Shown: positions 10,074-17,996 of the stretch, in pieces | Numbering within the stretch: position 1 is the first letter of the stretch | How the letters are laid out: the number at the start of each line of letters is the position of its first letter | Assembly (NCBI GenBank): GCA_017857855.1 | Contig: JAFMCI010000001.1 | Location: forward strand, 33,982 to 97,981 | Origin: Bacteroidia bacterium | GTDB lineage: Bacteria; Bacteroidota; Bacteroidia; NS11-12g; UBA9320 | Reading direction: 5' to 3' | DNA: 64,000 nucleotides | Notes under the pieces: generated by a model | What the model was told of the DNA's origin: nothing | The model's database searches: none | The model's input: the letters and a program-made list of their open reading frames with translations, nothing else | Position numbers and translations under genes: made by a program

Positions 10074-10767
10074 AGGTAAATTTTGTTACCCAATCGCCCA
10101 AGTTTATTAACCGTGATTTTTGTCCTACTTGTACATCAATCGGCTTATGTCTATGCCCAAAAATATAAAAATCGGTGTCTGATGTAGCAGCGTGATTTAG
10201 TGCAAATTGATAATGATGTTCTTTTTCTAGAGGTATATCTTGTTCATCTGCAATACTATTTTTCTTGCGACTGGTTCTGCTTAAAAAATTAGCTAAACCT
10301 ATTCCGAAGTTAGGATGTAGTCTATGAAAGAGCCAAATTGCCCATTTACTCCTAAATATTTTCCGTATCATATTATAGGTAGTTTCGCTCTTCCAAAGTC
10401 CATCACCGTGATGCATAAAGAACTTTTTATCGTCCATAGTCAGCATTAGTTCTTCATCAATAATGGTCATGCCTATCTCTGTTTGCAAGTAGTCAAAGGT
10501 CCACATGTCGTGGTTACCTTTAAAAAAATAGATTTTTATACCATTGTCGGTCATATTAGCAAGTTGACCTAACAATCTCGAATAGTTTTTTGGGACAACA
10601 GTTTTGTACTCGTACCAAAAATCAAAAACGTCACCCATTAAGAATAATGTTTCGCAATCTTGCTCAATACTCTTCAACCAGCTTACTACTTTTTTTTCTC
10701 TTATTAAAGAGGTTTCGTAATCGGGAGTACCTAAATGAAAATCAGATGCGAAATATACTTTACCCAT
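10024..10767 (-). CDS. lpxH: UDP-2,3-diacylglucosamine hydrolase-like calcineurin-type metallophosphoesterase
   Basis: N-terminal FASDFHLG and GDVFDFW metallophosphoesterase motifs; 247 aa. Confidence 0.55.
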   Translation of the reverse strand: MGKVYFASDFHLGTPDYETSLIREKKVVSWLKSIEQDCETLFLMGDVFDFWYEYKTVVPKNYSRLLGQLANMTDNGIKIYFFKGNHDMWTFDYLQTEIGMTIIDEELMLTMDDKKFFMHHGDGLWKSETTYNMIRKIFRSKWAIWLFHRLHPNFGIGLANFLSRTSRKKNSIADEQDIPLEKEHHYQFALNHAATSDTDFYIFGHRHKPIDVQVGQKSRLINLGDWVTKFTYAEWDGKNITLHTYHN

Positions 10768-10805
10768 TCTTGCGTTGCGAAATTAAGTTAAAAAGTCTTT
10801 TTTGT

Positions 10806-13601
10806 TTAATGAGCTTCAAGCCAGTTATCTCCATGTCCAGCTTCGGCTATTACGGGCACTTTAAGTGGCATAGCTCTTTCCATTTCTTCTTTGATCACCG
10901 CGGTCATTTCTTCTAATTCAGTTTTAGGAACATCAAATAGAAGTTCGTCATGAACTTGAAGCAGCATTTTGGTACCCACTTTCATTTTTCCTAGTCTTGC
11001 ATGAATATTAATCATGGCAAGCTTTATCATATCGGCAGCACTGCCTTGTATGGGTGCGTTTATGGCGTTTCGTTCTGCAAATCCTACTACAGTTTGATTG
11101 CTGGAGTTAATATCTGGAATAAATCGCTTACGACCCATAATCGTTTTTACGAATCCATTTTCTCGGCAAAATTTTACAGAGTCATCCATGTATTTTTTTA
11201 CGCCACCAAATTGAGCAAAGTATGCTTCAATCAGTTCGGCAGCTTCACCGCGTTTTATTCCGAGATTTTGTGACAAGCCAAAAGCACTTTGTCCATAGAT
11301 CAACCCAAAATTCACACTCTTGGCTTTATAACGTTGTTCCTTGGTTACATTGGCTATATCGACCCCAAACACTTTTGCGGCTGTTGCGGTATGTATGTCA
11401 ATACCAGCATGAAAAGCCTCCATCATGCCTGCATCTTCGGCAACCGACGCAACGATTCTAAGTTCTATTTGTGAGTAATCTACAGCCAAAAGTGTATGGT
11501 TTTCATCTCTTGGCACAAATGCTTTTCTTATCTCCTTGCCTAAATCTGTGCGTATAGGTATGTTTTGAAGATTTGGGTTGGTGCTACTAAGTCTCCCTGT
11601 TGCAGCCACGGCTTGTGCATAGCTAGTATGTACTCTGCCTGTTTTGGGATGTATTAGTTTAGGTAAAGCGTCTACATAGGTAGATCGTAGTTTGTTGACC
11701 TTTCTGTAATCTACTATTTTGCTTACAATCTCATGCTCAGCAGCTAGTTTAGTAAGTGTTGCTTCATCGGTTTTGTATTGACCTGTTGCAGTTTTTTTAG
11801 CCTTTGGATCTATTTTCATTACATCAAATAGGACTTCCCCCATCTGCTTTGGGCTAGCGATGTTAAAATTACAACCCGATTTTTCGTAAATTATTTTTTC
11901 TAGATCGTTTGACATGATCTTCAGCTCGTCAGAGTATATATTCAAGAAGTCAGCATCTACGCGAATGCCCTCCATTTCCATATCTGCCAGCACTGGCACC
12001 AAAGGCATCTCAAGTCGTTGCATAAGATGCGCCACTTGCTTATCTAGCAGTTCTTTTTGTAAGATGTCTTTTAATTGAAAGGTTACATCGGCATCTTCGG
12101 CAGCATACTCCGTTGCTTTTTCTAAAGGAACGTCTCTAAAATTGAGTTGTCCTTTACCGTTCTTGCCAATTAATTCTGTAATAGATACAGGTTTATAGTT
12201 GAGGTATTTTTCTGAAAGGATATCCATGGAATGTCTCCCGTCAGGATTTGCGAGATAATGCGCTAACATGGTATCAAACTGAGGGCCAGCTAGTTGTATG
12301 TCATATTTTAGAAGGACTTTAAGGTCATATTTTAAGTTTTGAGCGATTTTTTCGATGGTTGTGTCTGCGAATAGATGCTTAAATTCTCCTAAAATAGCCT
12401 TGGTGTCTTCAAAGTCGTTTGGCATATTTACATAATACGCTTTGTTGTTCTCGTATGAAATAGCAAGACCAAGCACTTCCGCATCCATCTCCTCTAATGA
12501 TGTGGTTTCGGTATCAAAACAAAAGGATTTTATGTTTTCTAATTCAGAGATTAAAATTTTCCTTTTTTCTTGACTATCGATTAGTTGATAGTCATGTTTG
12601 GTTGAATCAATGTTCTTAAGAATAACTAAGGTTTCTGTTTTATTGGGTAATAACGGCGAACTAGAAGCGGCCGAGCTACTGCTTGAAAATAGATCACCTT
12701 GAACAGAAACGGGAGCACTCATGGTCTCTTGAAAAACCCGCTTGGTTAAGGTTCTAAACTCTAGCTCTGTAAAAAGTTGGTTGATTCGTTCTTTATTGGG
12801 CTCTTCTCGCAATAAGGACTCCTCGTTGAATTCAACCGGAACGTCAGTGATAATAGTCGCAAGGCTTTTGGATAGATACGCTTGAGCCTTAAAGGTAATT
12901 AGGTTTTCAGCTAGTTTACCTTTTACCTTGTCTATATTCTCGTATATACCGTCCATACTTCCAAACTCCAATAAAAGCTTAGAAGCTGTTTTTGCACCTA
13001 CGCCTGGAACCCCAGGTATATTATCTACGGCGTCTCCCATAAGTCCCAAGTAATCAATAATTTGCTCAGTACGATGTAGTCCAAATTTCTGACAAACCTC
13101 CTTTGGTCCCATCACCTCAGGTGGATTGCCACCTCTGGAAGGTTTAAACATTAGAATTTTTTCAGTCACGGCTTGACCAAAATCTTTGTCAGGAGTCATC
13201 ATGTAGGTGATATATCCTTCTTTTTCTGCTCGGGTGGCTAGTGTGACAATAACATCATCTGCCTCATAGCCCGCTTTTTCAATAAGCGGAATATTGAAGG
13301 CGTCTATAATTTGTCGAATAAATGGTTCAGAACGCTTTATATCTTCAGGAGTTTCGTCTCTGTTTGCTTTGTATAATGGATATTCTTGCTTGCGTACATT
13401 CTCTGATTTATGATCAAAACAAACTGCAATATGACTTGGATCGTATTTTTCTAAAATTTCTAAAAGCGTTGTTGTAAAACCAAATATAGCATTGGTATTC
13501 AGACCGTAAGAGGTTATTCTTGGCGTTTTTATAAATGCATAATACGAACGAAAAATGAGTGCGTACGCATCAAGAAGGAAAAGTTTTTTTTCAGATGACA
13601 T
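10806..13601 (-). CDS. polA: DNA polymerase I
   Basis: 931 aa; 5'-3' exonuclease N-terminus (LLDAYALIFRSYYA), a 3'-5' exonuclease region, and a family A polymerase C-terminus (QVHDELLFD, RRxAKxxNFGxxYG-like). Confidence 0.9.
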   Translation of the reverse strand: MSSEKKLFLLDAYALIFRSYYAFIKTPRITSYGLNTNAIFGFTTTLLEILEKYDPSHIAVCFDHKSENVRKQEYPLYKANRDETPEDIKRSEPFIRQIIDAFNIPLIEKAGYEADDVIVTLATRAEKEGYITYMMTPDKDFGQAVTEKILMFKPSRGGNPPEVMGPKEVCQKFGLHRTEQIIDYLGLMGDAVDNIPGVPGVGAKTASKLLLEFGSMDGIYENIDKVKGKLAENLITFKAQAYLSKSLATIITDVPVEFNEESLLREEPNKERINQLFTELEFRTLTKRVFQETMSAPVSVQGDLFSSSSSAASSSPLLPNKTETLVILKNIDSTKHDYQLIDSQEKRKILISELENIKSFCFDTETTSLEEMDAEVLGLAISYENNKAYYVNMPNDFEDTKAILGEFKHLFADTTIEKIAQNLKYDLKVLLKYDIQLAGPQFDTMLAHYLANPDGRHSMDILSEKYLNYKPVSITELIGKNGKGQLNFRDVPLEKATEYAAEDADVTFQLKDILQKELLDKQVAHLMQRLEMPLVPVLADMEMEGIRVDADFLNIYSDELKIMSNDLEKIIYEKSGCNFNIASPKQMGEVLFDVMKIDPKAKKTATGQYKTDEATLTKLAAEHEIVSKIVDYRKVNKLRSTYVDALPKLIHPKTGRVHTSYAQAVAATGRLSSTNPNLQNIPIRTDLGKEIRKAFVPRDENHTLLAVDYSQIELRIVASVAEDAGMMEAFHAGIDIHTATAAKVFGVDIANVTKEQRYKAKSVNFGLIYGQSAFGLSQNLGIKRGEAAELIEAYFAQFGGVKKYMDDSVKFCRENGFVKTIMGRKRFIPDINSSNQTVVGFAERNAINAPIQGSAADMIKLAMINIHARLGKMKVGTKMLLQVHDELLFDVPKTELEEMTAVIKEEMERAMPLKVPVIAEAGHGDNWLEAH

Positions 13602-13744
13602 GATAGGTGGTCAAAAGTAGAACTATCTCGTCAATATTAGTGTTTTGATTAAGTAATTACAATCATAATAAGATTGGTTTAAACTTAAAATGGGGCCTTG
13701 TATAGGTTTTTGTAGCCTGATCTTTAGATGTACAAAAAGAATAA

Positions 13745-13784
13745 GAAAAAAAGCGTGTTTATTTTCTGGATAAACACGCTTTTG
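13745..13784 (-). terminator. Rho-independent terminator for the BI-1 family gene
   Basis: Inverted repeat agcgtgtttat/ataaacacgct. Read on the minus strand, it is followed by a T8 run just 3' of the stop at 13805. Confidence 0.5.
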
Positions 13785-13804
13785 TTTGGTTTACAATAAT
13801 TGAC

Positions 13805-14503
13805 TTAATCTCTGCTCATAAAAAACTGAATGATGTACCATAACATCAACATAAATGACGCAAATAGACCAAGAGATGCGATTACATATTGATCTGCGGT
13901 ATAGCGGTGCACCATATTAGAGGTTTGATATAAGATAGACCCGGCTGCTAGTAATACCATAAATCCGGAGAATGCAAGACCAAGGTCAAATCCAAATGCC
14001 ATTCCCGCCAAGATAATGCCAATGGCAACTATACTGCCTACCGTTAACGCTGTTCTCATAAAAGAAAAATCTTTTTTAGAAATTAAGACTACTGCCGATA
14101 AAGCAACAAATAATGCAAGTGTTACTAGAAATGCTTGTTCTAAAATAGCAGTGCCGCCACTGTAAGTCATAGCGATATAAAGTAATGGGACAAAAATAAA
14201 AGCCTCTGCTATTATGTATAATCCAAAGCCGAGGTATTGAGTGCGTTTGTCGTCATAGTTCGCAGCTAACTTTTCAGCATAGCTGGTTATAAACATAAAG
14301 CCGCCTATAACCAATAACCAAGTCCAGCCTTGGGTCATTTTCAGTCCAATATTTACGATGGCAGGAGTACTTAAAAAAACATACTCTACAATAACGAAGG
14401 CCAAAAACGCCAGCGCTACGTGCAAATAGGTTTTACGATAGAAGGTTGTTCTTTCTTCTACTGAAGCTTGATTTAAAAATAATTGAGATGATTCGTTGTA
14501 CAT
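13805..14503 (-). CDS. Bax inhibitor-1/YccA family membrane protein
   Basis: 232 aa; seven predicted TM helices; N-terminal ...ERTTFYRKTYLHVALAF pattern typical of the BI-1 family. Confidence 0.7.
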   Translation of the reverse strand: MYNESSQLFLNQASVEERTTFYRKTYLHVALAFLAFVIVEYVFLSTPAIVNIGLKMTQGWTWLLVIGGFMFITSYAEKLAANYDDKRTQYLGFGLYIIAEAFIFVPLLYIAMTYSGGTAILEQAFLVTLALFVALSAVVLISKKDFSFMRTALTVGSIVAIGIILAGMAFGFDLGLAFSGFMVLLAAGSILYQTSNMVHRYTADQYVIASLGLFASFMLMLWYIIQFFMSRD

Positions 14504-14692
14504 GTTAGTATTGATTTAGTAAGACAATAGTATTATATTTTTTGTAAATTATTTTTGTTTCTCTATGTTATTAAGATAAAAATCTATAAAAATACCTGTG
14601 GATTAAATCCTCTTTAAAACAGAATTTATGAGGATTATGAGATTATCTACAGGATAAAGAAAGGTATTTTATAACAACACCATTCTAAATCC

Positions 14693-14700
14693 TAAATTTG
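14693..14700 (+). promoter_or_regulatory. Bacteroidetes-type -7 promoter element (TAnnTTTG) upstream of tyrS
   Basis: TAAATTTG lies 21 bp upstream of the tyrS ATG. No clear -33 TTG was seen. Confidence 0.3.
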
Positions 14701-14720
14701 CCGACTATCTTACATTAAAA

Positions 14721-16010
14721 ATGGCTTTTATCCCCAAATATAATTTAATAGAAGAATTAAAGTGGCGCGGTCTTTTTCACCAAGACGTGCCAGGCACCGA
14801 AGAGCTACTTATGAAGGAAATGGTGAGTGGATACGTTGGCTTTGATCCAACTGCTGACTCGCTTCATATTGGCAATATGGTTCCGATTATTCTTTTGGTT
14901 CATTTACAAAGAGCGGGCCATAAGCCATATGCACTTGTAGGAGGAGCCACAGGTATGGTGGGAGACCCAAGTGGTAAAAAAGCTGAAAGAATGCTTTTGG
15001 ATTTAGAAACGCTCAATCACAATTTAGCTTGTCAAAAAAGACAGTTAGAGCAGTTCCTGGATTTCAATACCGAGAGCAACAGTGCCGAGGTGGTTAATAA
15101 TTATGATTGGTTTCAAAATTTCGGTTTTCTGGAGTTTATCAGAGATGTTGGGAAACATATTTCTGTGAATTATATGATGGCCAAAGACTCAGTAAAAAAC
15201 CGATTAGAAGAGGGTATGAGTTTTACAGAGTTTAGTTACCAGCTGGTACAAGGCTATGATTTTTATTATCTCTGGAAAGAAAAGAATGTCAAGCTACAAA
15301 TGGGAGGTAGCGATCAATGGGGAAACATTGTGACTGGAACCGAACTTATTCGCAGAAAAGGGGAAGGAGAAGATGCAAAAGGGTACTCGCTCACCGCTCC
15401 ACTTATTACAAAAGCGGATGGTAGTAAATTTGGTAAAAGTGAAGGTGGCAACGTTTGGCTTGATGCTGAAAAAACGAGCCCCTATGAGTTTTACCAATTT
15501 TGGATGAATACGACAGATGCTGATGCTGAACGGTACATAAAAATCTTCACCTTACATAGCAAGTCGTTGATAGACAATATGATATCTGCTCATCAGGAAG
15601 CGCCTCATCAAAGGGCATTGCAAAAGGAATTAGCTAAATATGTGACTACTTGGGTACATGGTGAGTCAGGGTATGCGACTGCATTAGCGGCAACAGAGAT
15701 CTTATTTGGTAATGGTACATCGGAAAGTTTGAGAAGTCTTTCTGAAAAAGATTTTCTTTCTGTTTTTGATGGCGTAAAAAAATCAGAAGTAGAAGAAATA
15801 GAGGGAGTTAGTATAATCGACTTGTGTGGAGATACTGGTTTTTTGGCAAGTAAAAGTGAAGCACGAAGGGCGTTAAAAGAAAACTCCATATCTGTAAATA
15901 GCGAAAAGGTTAACGAAGATTTCATGTTTAGCAATGCAGACTTGATAAATGGCAAGTATATTTTGTTGCAAAGAGGAAAAAAGAATAAATTCCTAATCTT
16001 AAAAAAATAA
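14721..16010 (+). CDS. tyrS: Tyrosine--tRNA ligase
   Basis: HIGN (HIGH-class) and KFGKS (KMSKS-class) motifs; 429 aa; C-terminal S4-like region. Confidence 0.9.
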   Translation: MAFIPKYNLIEELKWRGLFHQDVPGTEELLMKEMVSGYVGFDPTADSLHIGNMVPIILLVHLQRAGHKPYALVGGATGMVGDPSGKKAERMLLDLETLNHNLACQKRQLEQFLDFNTESNSAEVVNNYDWFQNFGFLEFIRDVGKHISVNYMMAKDSVKNRLEEGMSFTEFSYQLVQGYDFYYLWKEKNVKLQMGGSDQWGNIVTGTELIRRKGEGEDAKGYSLTAPLITKADGSKFGKSEGGNVWLDAEKTSPYEFYQFWMNTTDADAERYIKIFTLHSKSLIDNMISAHQEAPHQRALQKELAKYVTTWVHGESGYATALAATEILFGNGTSESLRSLSEKDFLSVFDGVKKSEVEEIEGVSIIDLCGDTGFLASKSEARRALKENSISVNSEKVNEDFMFSNADLINGKYILLQRGKKNKFLILKK

Positions 16011-16011
16011 A

Positions 16012-16860
16012 ATGGTATCACTCGACCCTAAAGAATTAACAATTCCTCTACTTCATCAGTATTTGCTTGGAAGCATTGGTCCCCGTCCTATTGCTTTTGC
16101 GAGTACAATTGATAAGGATGGAAATAGAAACTTGGCACCGTTTAGTTTTTTTAACGTGTTCAGCGCTAATCCACCTATTCTTATTTTCTCGCCTGCAAGA
16201 AGCGGCCGAACCAATACTACCAAGGATACGCACAACAACGTAAAGGAAGTAGCAGAAGTGGTTATAAACGTGGTTACCTATGATATGGTGCATCAAATGA
16301 GTTTGGCAAGTTCTCCCTTTGAAGCCGGGGTAGATGAATTTGAAAAAGCTGGATTTACACCAGTTGCTTCAGATACTATTCGTCCTTTTAGGGTTAAAGA
16401 ATCTCCTGTACAAATGGAGTGTAAAGTTTTAGAAGTAAAGGAATTAGGCCAAAATGGTGGAGCGGGGAATCTAGTTATTTGTGAGGTGTTGAAAATACAC
16501 ATAAGTGAAAGTGTTTTGGATGAAAAAGGAATGATTGATCAAGAAAAGATTGATTTGGTGAGTAGAATGGGTGGTAATTGGTACTGTCGCGCGAATGGTG
16601 AGTCATTATTTGAAGTGGACAAACCGCTAACCACAATTGGCATTGGAGTAGATGCACTTCCAGCTAAAATAAAAATGTGTAAAGAACTTACAGGCAATGA
16701 CTTTGGAATTTTAGGAAATTTGCAATCCGTTCCAAATAACGAAGAAATGATCAATGAGCTTCTTAAGCTGCCCATTAATCTTAGCATCCCACTAGCTAAG
16801 CAATTATTAATTGCTAATAAACCAATTGCAGCGTATGCTGTTTTACATAAAATATTATAA
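16012..16860 (+). CDS. Flavin reductase family protein (FMN-binding split barrel)
   Basis: 282 aa with N-terminal ...PRPIAFASTIDKDGNRNLAPFSFFN, a flavin reductase-like domain signature. Confidence 0.55.
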   Translation: MVSLDPKELTIPLLHQYLLGSIGPRPIAFASTIDKDGNRNLAPFSFFNVFSANPPILIFSPARSGRTNTTKDTHNNVKEVAEVVINVVTYDMVHQMSLASSPFEAGVDEFEKAGFTPVASDTIRPFRVKESPVQMECKVLEVKELGQNGGAGNLVICEVLKIHISESVLDEKGMIDQEKIDLVSRMGGNWYCRANGESLFEVDKPLTTIGIGVDALPAKIKMCKELTGNDFGILGNLQSVPNNEEMINELLKLPINLSIPLAKQLLIANKPIAAYAVLHKIL

Positions 16861-17394
16861 ATGAATATATCGAAGTTCTTATTCAAGTTTGTTATAATCT
16901 GTTCCTTTATTATTCGTTTAGGTTTAGTCATTCTTCCGGTTGTAACTGTGGGTGTTTTGGCAAAAGAGGGAGGATGGAAATATGGTTTTACGTTTATTCA
17001 AAATAACATGAGCGTAGCAATATTCATTTCATTTGCGTTAGCGTTTCTAATCTCGTTATACCATGCGGTTAGTTTTGAAGAAATAGAAGGAGCGCCGGAC
17101 GAAAATTTTATGAAAGCAAATCAGCATGTGTCTGTCGGCGGAAATGCTTCTTTAACGGATATAGAGGGTTTCTTGAAAACCAATAAGAAGTATAAGAATG
17201 TTGTTTTTGATGGAGAAACACTTCAGGCAAGAAGAAAAGTACATTTATTAAATCCTGACAGAATTACAATTTCATGTAATAACAATTTATTTGAGATCAA
17301 CAGTAAGCCCTTTGCTGCATGGTGGTTTATAGATTTTGGACGAAACTTTAAAAATGTTAAGGACGTAGCTACTTTTATAAAATTAGGAAAATGA
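16861..17394 (+). CDS. Hypothetical membrane protein
   Basis: Two or three hydrophobic helices in the N-terminal half; no recognised motif. It abuts the flavin reductase gene (1-bp gap) and overlaps the FMN reductase gene by 4 bp. Confidence 0.4.
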   Translation: MNISKFLFKFVIICSFIIRLGLVILPVVTVGVLAKEGGWKYGFTFIQNNMSVAIFISFALAFLISLYHAVSFEEIEGAPDENFMKANQHVSVGGNASLTDIEGFLKTNKKYKNVVFDGETLQARRKVHLLNPDRITISCNNNLFEINSKPFAAWWFIDFGRNFKNVKDVATFIKLGK

Positions 17395-17960
17395 AAATAA
17401 CAGTGCTTTCTGGATCTGCCAGAAAAGGAAATAACACCTTAAGAGTTGCTAAGGCGATTAAAAAGATTTATCTGGAGACAACTATAATTGACTATCAGGA
17501 GTATGATATTCCATCGTTTTCTGATCAGTATATCGTTTTGGGACAAGAAACAAGCTTTCAGAAAGAGTTAATTGAAGCAGTAGACAGCTCAGATTTACTC
17601 ATTGTACTGACCCCAGAGTATAATTGGTTCCCGAGTGCCGAAGTAATTAATACAATTCATCAACTGGCGGGTAATACATACAAGCACATTTTTGATAATA
17701 AAGTGGTTGCTACGGTGGGTGTTAGTACAGGAAGAGGGGGAAGGATGCCCGCGGTGCAATTGGGATATGTTTTCAACAAAATTTTTAATGTATTTGACCT
17801 AAATAGCATAACAAGCCCTCGCACATTTGAAGCACAGGAAGTAACCAAGTGTATAGATTCAGAGGGTAATCTGCTTGATAATGAGAAGTTTAATGATGGT
17901 TTCAAAGCCTTTATAGATTATTCTCTGAAAGTTGCAAAAAGATGGCACGCAACTAGCTGA
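17391..17960 (+). CDS. NADPH-dependent FMN reductase family protein (flavodoxin-like fold)
   Basis: MKITVLSGSARKGNNT N-terminus typical of the NADPH-dependent FMN reductase / ArsH-like fold; 189 aa. Confidence 0.55.
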   Translation: MKITVLSGSARKGNNTLRVAKAIKKIYLETTIIDYQEYDIPSFSDQYIVLGQETSFQKELIEAVDSSDLLIVLTPEYNWFPSAEVINTIHQLAGNTYKHIFDNKVVATVGVSTGRGGRMPAVQLGYVFNKIFNVFDLNSITSPRTFEAQEVTKCIDSEGNLLDNEKFNDGFKAFIDYSLKVAKRWHATS

Positions 17961-17996
17961 AAACTTTTAATTTGCGGACTTAATTAGTCAAGCATC

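Noticed and set aside
14560-14720. Possible T-box or riboswitch leader upstream of tyrS, including the ggattaaatcc palindrome
   Set aside because: T-box leaders are characteristic of Firmicutes, not Bacteroidetes. I could not see a specifier loop or a T-box consensus (AATTAGGGTGGNACCGCG). The region is more simply a divergent promoter.
15608-16021. 137-aa - strand ORF overlapping the 3' end of tyrS
   Set aside because: Antisense to the conserved TyrRS C-terminal domain; low-complexity translation.
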